DNA from: a virus
Taxonomy: Duplodnaviria > Caudoviricetes
Strand: one strand, 5' to 3'
Virus record (IMG/VR): IMGVR_UViG_3300012041_000007
Coordinates: 1 to 50,006 of that record
DNA length: 50,006 nucleotides
The translations under genes were made by a program, and so were the position numbers. Positions 1 through 9,704 of the stretch are shown one piece after another; position 1 is the first letter of the stretch; each line of letters opens with the position of its first letter. The notes below the pieces were generated by a model. It had not been told where the DNA came from and did not search any database. It saw nothing but the letters and a program-made list of their open reading frames with translations.

Positions 1-123
1 GACGGCCAGACTTACGACAAGGCCGTAATCAATACCGTAAACTTCAAGCACGCAATTCAGTGGAACACAAAGGCTCAGTGGGGAACGGATGACTCACGGA
101 AGTCTGTCATTAACTTGTTCAAA
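1..123. repeat. Terminal direct repeat (identical to 49884-50006); circular assembly overlap
   Basis: Exact 123-bp match at both ends; lies inside one continuous reading frame, giving a unit genome of 49,883 bp. Confidence 0.97.
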
Positions 124-1041
124 GAGTTGATGGCAAAGGCTATGCCTGAGTTCCGTCGTCAGACTGAATCTCAGTGTATGACTGCTGGTAACGGAGTTCT
201 TGGAACCATTACTTCTCTGTCAACCACGACGCTAACCAATGATACCTTAACCATGACGACTGATGGTTACGGTGTCAAGTTGCTTCGTAAAGGCCAGAGG
301 ATTCTGGTTTACGATTCGGCTTTAGCTGCTGCTCGTTCAGCTACTCCAGCAAAGATCATTGGATATGACTTGGTTAACAAGCGTATTCAGCTGGATGCAA
401 CGATTGCTGCTATTGCTCCGACTGACGTGGTATTACCAGAAGGATTAGCCGGTGCCAATCCGGTTGGTCTCTTTGGTGTTCCTTATCACGTTCAGAACTC
501 CACTGTTGGTAATTGGTTAGGACTTCCTCGTGCAACAACGCCAGAAGTTCAGGCCAATCGAGTTAATGCTGCCGCTGCTGCTTTAGCTCCTGCGTTTGCC
601 CGTCGTGCAATTAATGCGATTGGCGACCGTTTGGGAATGGATAACAAGACTCCTCTTACTGCATGGATGCATCCTTGTCAGGTGCAGGCTTATGAAGCAT
701 TAGGCCAGCTTGTTTCCATCATCAACAAGGAAGCTTCTGAACAGGGGCTTAACTTGTTCTTCTCTGAAAACATGAGGTTGGCTGGTGCTCCTATCAAGCC
801 CAACTTTGTGTGGAACAAAACTCGAATTGATTTCTTAACCAACGATCATTGGGGTCGAGCGGAATTGCATCCGATTGATTACTACACGGTCGAAGGTCGA
901 AAGATTTTCGAGATGCGCGGAGCTAGCGGTGGAGTTGCTACAAGCCAGATCTTTTACATTGTAGCATCGTGGAATCTCTTCTGCGATTGTCCACCGGCAC
1001 AGGCTTACATTGACAACTTGCTAGTTCCCACTGGCTACTAG
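1..1041 (+). CDS. Major capsid protein, 3' part (full gene 49665..49883 joined to 1..1041, 419 aa)
   Basis: In frame with ATG 49665 across the junction; follows portal and scaffold; followed by a terminator; size typical of HK97-fold capsids. Confidence 0.85.
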   Translation, partial: DGQTYDKAVINTVNFKHAIQWNTKAQWGTDDSRKSVINLFKELMAKAMPEFRRQTESQCMTAGNGVLGTITSLSTTTLTNDTLTMTTDGYGVKLLRKGQRILVYDSALAAARSATPAKIIGYDLVNKRIQLDATIAAIAPTDVVLPEGLAGANPVGLFGVPYHVQNSTVGNWLGLPRATTPEVQANRVNAAAAALAPAFARRAINAIGDRLGMDNKTPLTAWMHPCQVQAYEALGQLVSIINKEASEQGLNLFFSENMRLAGAPIKPNFVWNKTRIDFLTNDHWGRAELHPIDYYTVEGRKIFEMRGASGGVATSQIFYIVASWNLFCDCPPAQAYIDNLLVPTGY

Positions 1042-1062
1042 TCACGGTTGCTTGTAAGGGAG

Positions 1063-1102
1063 AGTGGGGGACGGGTGGCCATCCTTGTTCCCCACTTCTT
1101 TT
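1063..1102 (+). terminator. Intrinsic terminator after capsid gene
   Basis: AGTGGGGGAC...GTTCCCCACT hairpin followed by TCTTTT. Confidence 0.7.
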
Positions 1103-1104
1103 AA

Positions 1105-1218
1105 ATGACTTGGATTGTACTAATAGCAGTAATAGCATTTATTATTCATTGCCCTTTACTCAAGCCTTGGTTTGGATTTCGTAAACCGGCTGGGCACAAA
1201 GGTAAATGGTTTGAGTAA
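1105..1218 (+). CDS. Small membrane peptide, 37 aa (MTWIVLIAVIAFIIHCPLLKPWFGFRKPAGHKGKWFE); not in ORF track
   Basis: Fills the gap; stop overlaps next start (TAATG); hydrophobic N-terminus, basic tail; no clear SD. Confidence 0.45.
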   Translation: MTWIVLIAVIAFIIHCPLLKPWFGFRKPAGHKGKWFE

Positions 1219-1742
1219 TGACTGATTCAGAATTCATTAACGAACGTCTCTTTCAATTGTATGGAAGGGACCAGCTTACTCAACAGCAGAAGTATCGTGT
1301 AGTCCGTTCAGAAGAGCAGACGGAGAAACGATACGGTTCCTACGATTTACTCTCTAAGGAATCAGGAATCTGGCTGGGAGTTAAAGAAGGATTAGTTGAG
1401 ATTCAAAAGTATTGGTATCTTAAACCATGCTGGCTCCTTGAAAGAGTAGAAGCCAATCTCAACCGGCAGGATACATTATATGATAAGTGGACATACGAGC
1501 CGATACTTACTTTCCTTGACAAAGAGGACAATCCGTTACCTCTCAACTGGAGAGCTATTGAGTTTGCAATCAACCATATCGAAAAAGCTGAAAAGAGAAT
1601 CCGAACAGAGAGCGAAGATCTTCAAGAAGAAGAAAAGCGTCTTGAAAAAGAAAGTGAAGTAGTCTACGGAGTTCTTGATAAGCCGGACCCGACTAAAGAA
1701 CTTCCAACGTTTACTAACTCAACGTTAATACCAAAAGGATAA
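1218..1742 (+). CDS. Hypothetical protein in virion operon
   Basis: 174-aa ORF colinear with structural genes. Confidence 0.75.
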   Translation: MTDSEFINERLFQLYGRDQLTQQQKYRVVRSEEQTEKRYGSYDLLSKESGIWLGVKEGLVEIQKYWYLKPCWLLERVEANLNRQDTLYDKWTYEPILTFLDKEDNPLPLNWRAIEFAINHIEKAEKRIRTESEDLQEEEKRLEKESEVVYGVLDKPDPTKELPTFTNSTLIPKG

Positions 1743-1746
1743 CAAA

Positions 1747-2382
1747 GTGCCTACTTCCACTGTATTAAGTATTTGCCCATTTGAAACCATTGAAATCAAA
1801 CCCATTGCAAGAGGATATTTTAAAATCCCCGCCGCCCCAAAAGACGATTTCGTTTTGGTACTCATTGAAGAATCGTCTTACATACAGAGGCTTCCGGCAA
1901 CGGATCATAACATTGTTGTCCCTGTTGCTAGTCACCATATTGCTAAGTCTATTGTTGACGACTTTATTAATACTGTTATTGAGGCTAGCGATGAAGCTGG
2001 CCCTGGAATGATGTGGTTTGACCACAAGCTAACTAGAGAGCAAGTTCTTAAGGATCATTCTGAAGAACTTAAAGCTCTCTTTGAAAGACAGATTCAATGG
2101 TTCAAGAATCTCTGCCGTTTAGCAGATGATGATTGGAGCCAATATAAAAAGATTGGATTGATCTCCGGCCACCAACGTTACGCGGCTCAGTATTTAGGTT
2201 ACAAACCGGCTTGGTTGCCAGAGTACAATCCCAATTCTGGGCTGATTGATTGCCCGGCTTGCTTCTCTAAGATTGATGCCAGAGCAGTTATTTGTATTAG
2301 CTGCAAGGCTGTGCTTGACAAGAAGAAGGCTTTGGAGTTTGGCATTATTGTCGAACAGCCAAAACCTTTAGCAAAGGTATAA
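1747..2382 (+). CDS. Hypothetical protein with C-terminal Zn ribbon
   Basis: CPAC...CISC motif; AAGGA SD before GTG. Confidence 0.75.
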   Translation: MPTSTVLSICPFETIEIKPIARGYFKIPAAPKDDFVLVLIEESSYIQRLPATDHNIVVPVASHHIAKSIVDDFINTVIEASDEAGPGMMWFDHKLTREQVLKDHSEELKALFERQIQWFKNLCRLADDDWSQYKKIGLISGHQRYAAQYLGYKPAWLPEYNPNSGLIDCPACFSKIDARAVICISCKAVLDKKKALEFGIIVEQPKPLAKV

Positions 2383-2383
2383 C

Positions 2384-3043
2384 ATGGCTCTCTTAGCATC
2401 AGAAGTAATGGATCGTTCGAGAGCAATTCTTAATGATGTGGTAGGAGATCTCTACACAAACGTAGTTCTCATTCCATATCTTAAGATTGCTAACGATGAT
2501 CTTTCTGATGAACTAGTAGACAACGGCTCAACCGTTTCCAAAGAAATATCTCAAGCTATTCCTCTTTCCGCTGGAGGAACCCAACCGGCTTTGCCTAACG
2601 ATATTATTGTTCCTATTGAAATCTATGAAAAAGATTCTGGTCAGGATGATTCATATTATAGGTACATGGAGCAGAGGCCATTCCTTCCTAACATTTTACC
2701 CGGCAGAGAGTTAAGTGTCTGGTCATGGCGAGAACAGGCTATCAATGTTCTTGGTTCTAATCAGAATAAAGTACTCCGAATCCGTTACTACCGTCTCATC
2801 ACTCAGGTATCTGGTGAGAATAGTAACATCGAATTAACTCATGCTTTAAACTATCTGGCTTACCACACAGCCGCTTTAGTTTCTGAGCACGTTGGACAGA
2901 ACCGAGCCAAGGCGATTGACTTGGAAAGTGTAGCGTCAGTAAAGTTATCAAAGTTACTGAAGAAAGAAGTAAAGCAGACTCACTCTAAGGCAACTCGCCG
3001 TAAACCTTTCCGACTCAACCGATACATCACTTTTACGAGGTAG
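2384..3043 (+). CDS. Putative head-tail adaptor (tail tubular protein A-like)
   Basis: 219 aa, helical termini, position between capsid and nozzle as in podoviruses. Confidence 0.6.
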   Translation: MALLASEVMDRSRAILNDVVGDLYTNVVLIPYLKIANDDLSDELVDNGSTVSKEISQAIPLSAGGTQPALPNDIIVPIEIYEKDSGQDDSYYRYMEQRPFLPNILPGRELSVWSWREQAINVLGSNQNKVLRIRYYRLITQVSGENSNIELTHALNYLAYHTAALVSEHVGQNRAKAIDLESVASVKLSKLLKKEVKQTHSKATRRKPFRLNRYITFTR

Positions 3044-3047
3044 GACA

Positions 3048-3410
3048 ATGGCAGAAGCAAAGGTAACTTTCACGACTAATGACGTTTGGGATGATGGCAA
3101 AAGGATTCATGCCGTTGGCCGTTTGACAGTAGCTCCGGCTGCCGATACCTATGTAACTGGTGGTAATGCTTTCAACGTTCTTAGTGGAACAGTTGATGGA
3201 GCCGGTTTAGGTATGCCATTACCAGTTGTCCAGCAACAGCCAATCTGGATGAATGCTGTTGGTAATGCTTATTTTGGAACATATCTACCAGCTACACAGA
3301 AGATGAAGTTTACTGCCATTGTTGGTGGTGCAGAGGTAGCTGCTGGTGCTGTTCCTGCTCCACTTTCAGGAGATACAATCAACGCTTACTTCATCTTCAA
3401 AAAGTTCTAA
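3048..3410 (+). CDS. Small virion structural protein
   Basis: 120 aa, Gly/Ala/Thr-rich beta-type composition; GAGGTAGGA SD. Confidence 0.6.
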   Translation: MAEAKVTFTTNDVWDDGKRIHAVGRLTVAPAADTYVTGGNAFNVLSGTVDGAGLGMPLPVVQQQPIWMNAVGNAYFGTYLPATQKMKFTAIVGGAEVAAGAVPAPLSGDTINAYFIFKKF

Positions 3411-3416
3411 CAGTAG

Positions 3417-5348
3417 TTGGTGGAACTGCGTATGCCTCCTTCTAAGAAACTAAATCTTCGGGATCACGAACAAATCCCGATTAACCAATGGAAGGGTCTG
3501 TACTTCAATGGTATAGATGACGCAGTTCCACCCGGCTATTTCATCGATTCTCTTAATACTTCGTTTGAACAGATAGAGGTTCGGACGCGGGATGGATTTA
3601 CAAAGATATTTGACTTGCCTAACATCAGGAGATTCTTTGTTTACAAGAGACTCAATGAAACGAGTAGGTATTTAATACTTGATACCAATGGTAGTTTGTG
3701 GGATTCTCTCTATGGTTCTCCACTAATTACCAATGTAAACTTCAAAGACTTCAGTGCGCTTAACTACCTTAATCGCGCTTACATTACTTTTCATGATAGG
3801 GTATCTGGTATTCCTGGTACAAACGTACAAGTCTATGAGGGCGAGGGACCGGGAACATTACGAGCCGCTGGTGGAACTCCTCCAACTGGTTTTGCTCTTA
3901 CTCCTTCTACTTCTGTTAACGTTGGTGACTTAGGCTTAGGAACATATTTAATAGCAGTTTGCTATGAAACATCAACTGGATTCATTACAGCACCCGGACC
4001 TGAAACTTTTGCTGTGTGGGATTCTCCTGGTGGCTTTAAGCTTAATGTAGATGGGATTAGCGTTGGACCAGCCGGAACTATTGCAAGACGTTTGCTTATT
4101 ACTAAGTCCATCCCACCTGGACTTTACACAGGGAATCAACTTGGCTACGAGTTCTTCTTTTGTCCAAACGGAAGAATCTTTGATAATTCCACTACATTTT
4201 TACATGATATTAACTTCTTCGACGACGACCTTATTGACTCAGCGGATTACTTATTTGACTCAAGAAACACGATTCCATGCGGATTAGGTCTAACTATCTA
4301 TAACAATAGGATGGCCCTTTGGGGTGTTCCGGCTTTTGAACACTATGTCTTTTTCTCAGCGGCCATCTTTGTTGAGAACTTTGACCAAACTGGTGGTTTA
4401 CTATTTCTTGATCCTTCTGATGCAGTTAGTTCTATTAAGAATGTGGTTGACCATGAAACCTCACTACTCATTCAAACGCAAGACAGAACGTATATTACTG
4501 TCGATAATGGTAATGATCCTGATACTTGGCGTTGTGACCCTCTCGACAAAGCAATAGGTGCTGAGTGCTTCTCTGTTTCAAAGATTCTAGATTCGCGGGG
4601 GACCAGTGTCAAACGATTCTTCCAAGGGGACAAATCAGGAATATATTGTTATGAGGGTGGGGGATTTGCGGACCCTCCTTTTTCAGATAATATCGCAGGA
4701 GTCTGGGCCAGAATCAATAAGAAAGAGTTTAGTAAAGTCCAGCTTGTTGACGACCCGGAAGCGAAATTACTCTATGCCTCGGTCCCATTAGATATTGCTA
4801 CTGAGTGTTCTCATATTCTAGTAGGTGATTATAACAATGCTTTCAATCGTTATGGTCAGTTAGTAGGAACATTAGTGCGATGGAATCTTTGGGCATTTCC
4901 TTGGTCTGTTACTTCCATTGTAGTAGATACTAATTTAGATGCAGAAACTGTATTTAAACAATCAGGATTTTCAGGACATATTTATGAACAGGATAAGTCA
5001 GTAGTATTAGATCATGGTATTAGGATTACTTCTTACATTCAGACTCATTTACTGAAGACTAAAGGATACTTTGTTAACCACTTCGGATTCCTAGAAGCAA
5101 GAGTAGAGGGAGTTGGATACTTCAATATCTATCTCTACGGTGTGAATAATCAGAAAATTATGACTCCGCCAAGATGGGAATTGAAACCGGAACCTAATCG
5201 TTACTACCAGAAACCCATTAACTTTGTTGATACTAAGATGTCTGTTAAGTTAATGAGTAATCTTAACGCAGGAGAAAGATTCACTCTGTTTGAAATGTCA
5301 GTGGATGCCAAATCTCTCTGGGCAGAAACGCCTAGAATCGTTGAGTAA
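3417..5348 (+). CDS. Putative tail nozzle / tail tubular protein B-like (start may be ATG 3432)
   Basis: 643 aa beta-rich protein after adaptor; WKGL motif near N-terminus as in P22 gp10-like stabilisation proteins. Confidence 0.6.
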   Translation: MVELRMPPSKKLNLRDHEQIPINQWKGLYFNGIDDAVPPGYFIDSLNTSFEQIEVRTRDGFTKIFDLPNIRRFFVYKRLNETSRYLILDTNGSLWDSLYGSPLITNVNFKDFSALNYLNRAYITFHDRVSGIPGTNVQVYEGEGPGTLRAAGGTPPTGFALTPSTSVNVGDLGLGTYLIAVCYETSTGFITAPGPETFAVWDSPGGFKLNVDGISVGPAGTIARRLLITKSIPPGLYTGNQLGYEFFFCPNGRIFDNSTTFLHDINFFDDDLIDSADYLFDSRNTIPCGLGLTIYNNRMALWGVPAFEHYVFFSAAIFVENFDQTGGLLFLDPSDAVSSIKNVVDHETSLLIQTQDRTYITVDNGNDPDTWRCDPLDKAIGAECFSVSKILDSRGTSVKRFFQGDKSGIYCYEGGGFADPPFSDNIAGVWARINKKEFSKVQLVDDPEAKLLYASVPLDIATECSHILVGDYNNAFNRYGQLVGTLVRWNLWAFPWSVTSIVVDTNLDAETVFKQSGFSGHIYEQDKSVVLDHGIRITSYIQTHLLKTKGYFVNHFGFLEARVEGVGYFNIYLYGVNNQKIMTPPRWELKPEPNRYYQKPINFVDTKMSVKLMSNLNAGERFTLFEMSVDAKSLWAETPRIVE

Positions 5349-6763
5349 TGGCTAACGAGAACGCGGTTCGCAATCTGATAAGGATTGACGACAAAACCAA
5401 TCCTACTCTGTTCCGTGCTCTTCAGTTAATGATTGATGATTTATATACTATTAATAATAAAGTATTTCCACCTAAGACTATAGCAGGAGTTGACCAAGGC
5501 GGAATTGTTAAACCATTAGGACCAGTTCAAAACTTTACAGGAGTTGCTTATCCAGATAATCTTAGGCTTGATTGGGATGATTTAGATGGAGCCTTTCGTT
5601 ACCATATTAAGATGGGTGACGATTGGGATACTGCTAGACATATTCTACTTACTGCGACCGACATGGCAAATGTCGATCCTGTTTATTTAAACTTAGTATA
5701 TGGTACTTATCAATTTTTAATTAGGGCAATGAATCTGGAGAGTGAGCTGGGAGATTCATCAGCAGCAACATTAATTATCCCAACAATACCTCCGCCTGAG
5801 TTAGCTGTAGAAGTAGTTGTTTCGACAGTACTTTTGAGATGGACAGTTCCAGCTTCATCTTGGAGAATTGACCACTTCATTGTTTACAAAGATAATGTTC
5901 CGATTGGTGCAATCTCTGGTACTTTCAAACTGATTCAGGAGCAAGTAGGTGGTTCGTATGGCTACTCTGTGGAAGCAGTTGACATTGTTGGTAATGTTTC
6001 TACTAGGTCGGCCACTCAAGTTGTAGACTTACACGATCCATCTGAGTTTGAGTTTGTTGATGAATTACAAGCAGATTATACTGGAATTTATGACCATACC
6101 GAACGAGTTATTATTGATGGATTAGTAGGAGTTCTTGGTCCGGTTTGGGTTTTAACTTGGGAACAGCATTATCAAAGTTGGAGTTTTATTTCTCCACAAG
6201 ATCAAGTTGACAAAGGTTATCCAATCTATTGGCAGCCTTCTTATGCAGGTGAAGGATTTTATCAAGAGACATTCGACTTTGGACAAGTTTATGAAGAGTT
6301 AACAGTTGTTGTAGACTACAATAAACAACAACTTTATGGCTCTACTAATGTAATTACTCATATACAGTACTCTGAAGATGGAACTAATTGGTCTGCTGTA
6401 ATTATTGGTAATAGCGTTCTTGCTCCGTCGTTTCGATACATTAATGTTAAATGGATTTTTACTAATGTTGACGATCTATCAGCCGCTTTCATATCTAATC
6501 TCAAGGTTGTTCTTAACGTTACTCTTACTATAGACTCAGGATCAGTTGATTGTTCGGCTGCTGATGTAGGAGGAACGTTAGTAGAATATAATAAAGTATT
6601 TACAGGAATTAGTTCAGTAACCGCAACGGCAGCTACATCCTTACAGCCTCTCTATGCTGTTTGTGATGCTGTGAATAAAGATAACTTTAGGATTTTAGTA
6701 TTTGATTCATCTGGTCATAGAATAAATTCTACGATTGACTGGAAAGCTAGGGGAGTCATTTGA
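5348..6763 (+). CDS. Tail protein with fibronectin type III-like repeats
   Basis: LRLDW...YQFLIRAMN and LLRW...YSVEAVDIVGNVS FN3-like segments. Confidence 0.6.
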   Translation: MANENAVRNLIRIDDKTNPTLFRALQLMIDDLYTINNKVFPPKTIAGVDQGGIVKPLGPVQNFTGVAYPDNLRLDWDDLDGAFRYHIKMGDDWDTARHILLTATDMANVDPVYLNLVYGTYQFLIRAMNLESELGDSSAATLIIPTIPPPELAVEVVVSTVLLRWTVPASSWRIDHFIVYKDNVPIGAISGTFKLIQEQVGGSYGYSVEAVDIVGNVSTRSATQVVDLHDPSEFEFVDELQADYTGIYDHTERVIIDGLVGVLGPVWVLTWEQHYQSWSFISPQDQVDKGYPIYWQPSYAGEGFYQETFDFGQVYEELTVVVDYNKQQLYGSTNVITHIQYSEDGTNWSAVIIGNSVLAPSFRYINVKWIFTNVDDLSAAFISNLKVVLNVTLTIDSGSVDCSAADVGGTLVEYNKVFTGISSVTATAATSLQPLYAVCDAVNKDNFRILVFDSSGHRINSTIDWKARGVI

Positions 6764-7527
6764 TGTTTATTCGTTATAATGAATCATTAGACTTCTGGGA
6801 ATATGATACCTCTGGTGGTCAGACTGGTGCTGGACCGTGGCTAAAATTACCTGTTGATTTTAACCAATTAAATAATAAACCTCCAACTTATACGTTACCG
6901 AGTAATGTTGCTTTCAAAGATATTGATAATGTTTTTTCAGTACCCCAGACTTTACCGCAAGGATCTACTATTAGAGGTAATAATTCTGTATTTTATATAG
7001 TAGGACTTTCAAATCCACCAGACTCTAGAACTTGGCGTACAATTACTTATGGTGATGGACCTTTACATTTTGAAGCAATGAATGATGTAGTAAGTATTGT
7101 TCAAGGCCGCATTTCTTTTGGTCGTAATGGTGACTTTAGAGCAGGTAATACAATATCTGAATTAGGTAGAGCTGCACCAATTGGTTATTGGACAGCATTT
7201 ACTCCTGTTCTTAGCGGCCCACTTGGACCTACTGGCGGAACTTTAACAGCACAGTACACACTTATTGGTAAAACAGCAATTATTCAATTAGGATTAGATG
7301 CTTTTAATCTTGCGTCTGGTGGAGTTAATGAATTATATATTACTATTCCATTTACTATAGCTTCAGGAATGGGTAGAACTGGCGTATCTTGTAATATAAA
7401 TACTGCTGGTAGTTGGCAATGGGCAATGGCATATATTACTGCAGGTGAAAGTATTATTAAGATATATGGTACTTGGGCAAGTGGGACAGGCTATGCGTGG
7501 GTAATAATTCCTATCGCTATTGCGTGA
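6760..7527 (+). CDS. Putative tail fibre / receptor-binding protein
   Basis: WTAFTP...YTLIGKT C-terminal head motif common in fibres; AT-rich. Confidence 0.6.
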   Translation: MMFIRYNESLDFWEYDTSGGQTGAGPWLKLPVDFNQLNNKPPTYTLPSNVAFKDIDNVFSVPQTLPQGSTIRGNNSVFYIVGLSNPPDSRTWRTITYGDGPLHFEAMNDVVSIVQGRISFGRNGDFRAGNTISELGRAAPIGYWTAFTPVLSGPLGPTGGTLTAQYTLIGKTAIIQLGLDAFNLASGGVNELYITIPFTIASGMGRTGVSCNINTAGSWQWAMAYITAGESIIKIYGTWASGTGYAWVIIPIAIA

Positions 7528-7534
7528 GAAAATA

Positions 7535-8965
7535 ATGGCAAACTGGAATCTACCAACTCCTCAGTCCGGCTACATTAATTTCGTAGCTGAGATGAATGAT
7601 AAATTTTATGATAGTGCTCGTATGTACTATCAAGATTCTATTAATATACCGATTGGAACAATAAGATTTAATAGATCTGGTTATGTATTTGATGAGTGGG
7701 ATTCTAATATTTCAACATGGCTTCCTAGAACTATTGGAGTAACTGGCGGTGGAACTGGTTCTAATAATGCTACTGGAGCAAGAGCTAATCTTGGTTTAGG
7801 AAGCATGGCTACTCAGAATTCTAATGCAGTAAGTATTACTGGTGGTTCTATTACTGGCATTTCATTTGATATTAGTTCTGTTACTACTGGTGTTCTTCCA
7901 TTAGCTAGAGGAGGAACTGGATCATCGTTAGCATTAGGCGCACAAGGCACTGTATTAATGTCTTATGCCGGATCAACTCAATTTACATCTGGAGTTAATA
8001 TTACTCAACTTGACGCTGGTGCTTTAACTCAAGGAATAGTTCCTTCAGCTAGATTGACTGGTGTTGGTAAATTAGCTGAACAAAATACATGGGGAGCTAG
8101 AAATACTTTTAATGGAGATTCTATATTTTCTGGTTCATCTTATGCTTGGGGCTGTACGGTATTTGCTAGTTCTGATTTTGCTGTTTTTAATTTATATTCA
8201 GGTAATGCCGGTGGTAATAGAAAATGGAGTAGATTTATTACTATTAGTGGAGATCTTCATTATCAGCGTTTGAATGATGATTATACATCTGCTGTTAGTA
8301 TTTTTACTGTTACTTGGGACGGTTTATTAGGTGGAAATGCTTCTGCATTATATGCTCTTAATGCTTCTGCTATAGATCGTGGGTTAGTTAATCCTGCCTT
8401 CTTGGGTTCCGGTTCTCCTTCTGCTGCTACTTATTTAAGAGGTGATGGAGTTTGGGCTGCTATTGCTACTGGTGGTGGAGGAGAAGCTAGTCCAATTCCA
8501 TCTGGAATGATTGCAATATTTAATGGTGGTTGCCCTGTTGGCTGGACTAGATTTTCTCAATTAGATAATAGATTTCCATTAGGTTCTTCTGGTGCCGGTG
8601 CTACTGGCGGTTCAGATACTCATAGTCATCAATTTGATGTAAATTCAAATGGTTCTGGAAACCACAATCATACTTTTAGTGGTTCATTTGGTGGTTCTGG
8701 TTCTGGTCCAATTAATGGTGGTGGAAGAACTTCTGGGCCATCTGAAGGCACTTCTACTGCTGATTCTGGTAATAGCTTTGAAGCAACTAAAGGAAATCAC
8801 TTTCATGATTTTTCAATTAGTGGTAGTGCTAACGTTAACGTAACTACTGACATTAATAGTGTAACTGGTATGGGTGGAGATCATGGACATAGAGTTACTG
8901 GAGGAACAAATGCAGCAAGTCATGTTCCTTTTTATTACACAGTTGTGTTCTGCATGAAGAACTAG
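7535..8965 (+). CDS. Tail fibre protein
   Basis: GGTG repeats, ARANLGLG, TYLRGDGVW, collar-like IPSGMIAIF...CPVGW...RFPLG, several HxH motifs, PFYYTVVFCMK end. Confidence 0.85.
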   Translation: MANWNLPTPQSGYINFVAEMNDKFYDSARMYYQDSINIPIGTIRFNRSGYVFDEWDSNISTWLPRTIGVTGGGTGSNNATGARANLGLGSMATQNSNAVSITGGSITGISFDISSVTTGVLPLARGGTGSSLALGAQGTVLMSYAGSTQFTSGVNITQLDAGALTQGIVPSARLTGVGKLAEQNTWGARNTFNGDSIFSGSSYAWGCTVFASSDFAVFNLYSGNAGGNRKWSRFITISGDLHYQRLNDDYTSAVSIFTVTWDGLLGGNASALYALNASAIDRGLVNPAFLGSGSPSAATYLRGDGVWAAIATGGGGEASPIPSGMIAIFNGGCPVGWTRFSQLDNRFPLGSSGAGATGGSDTHSHQFDVNSNGSGNHNHTFSGSFGGSGSGPINGGGRTSGPSEGTSTADSGNSFEATKGNHFHDFSISGSANVNVTTDINSVTGMGGDHGHRVTGGTNAASHVPFYYTVVFCMKN

Positions 8966-8974
8966 AGGTGGCCG

Positions 8975-9346
8975 ATGAGAACAATTGAATTTGCAAATGA
9001 TGATGAAAGTAAACAAAGATTTGAAGTTCTCTTTCATGGTTTGATTGTAACTGGTAATACGAACACTCAAAAGGGATTAATCATTCTTAACAGAGAACTA
9101 TCTCTTCTAGATAAATTTGAATCTATTTCTAGGCCATGTGAATGTGGTAAGAAACTTCCAGGTTTAGATGAATCAGATAGGGAATTAGATTTTGGTGATG
9201 ATCCAAAGCTAATGCTTAGTCTTGATGGAAATGAAGAAGATTTACTCTATGAATATGTTTCTAAGGTTCCTTGGTCAATTGGTAAACCGGCTCGGCTAGC
9301 TCTTAAGACTTTACATTGGTTGAGAAATGGTAGTTCGTCCAGCTAA
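8975..9346 (+). CDS. Hypothetical protein (possible fibre chaperone)
   Basis: GAGGTG SD; directly follows fibre gene. Confidence 0.6.
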   Translation: MRTIEFANDDESKQRFEVLFHGLIVTGNTNTQKGLIILNRELSLLDKFESISRPCECGKKLPGLDESDRELDFGDDPKLMLSLDGNEEDLLYEYVSKVPWSIGKPARLALKTLHWLRNGSSSS

Positions 9347-9704
9347 ACAAGGTGATTGGCCTGCTCTTATAGAGATACACAAAGGTCATTCCTTTCCGTT
9401 TCCTGACTTCAAGAATATGTTAGACGTTCTTGTAGTTGAACATAATGGAAAGGTAATAGCCTGGGGATATACTAAGAAATATGTAGAGATAGTATTTGTA
9501 CCAAAGAAAGATTCCCTCAAAGTCACCAAAGTTAAAGCTCTCAAGTTGCTATCCGATAAGTCAACTGAACTTACTAGAGCGCGTGGAATTGACATGGTTC
9601 ATTCCTACGTTAAGGATGAATCTTTTGTTAAGCTTCTAGTAGAGAGATTTAACTATGGTGTTTGTACTGGGACACCTTTGTATTTGGACCTAGACAATGG
9701 CTAA
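9327..9704 (+). CDS. GNAT-fold acetyltransferase-like protein
   Basis: VRPAKQGDWPAL...LVVEHNGKVIAWG pattern; position before ejection proteins as in T7-like gp13 homologs. Confidence 0.55.
   Translation: MVVRPAKQGDWPALIEIHKGHSFPFPDFKNMLDVLVVEHNGKVIAWGYTKKYVEIVFVPKKDSLKVTKVKALKLLSDKSTELTRARGIDMVHSYVKDESFVKLLVERFNYGVCTGTPLYLDLDNG

Noticed and set aside
6760-8965. Diversity-generating retroelement acting on tail fibres
   Set aside because: No reverse transcriptase and no TR/VR repeat pair seen.
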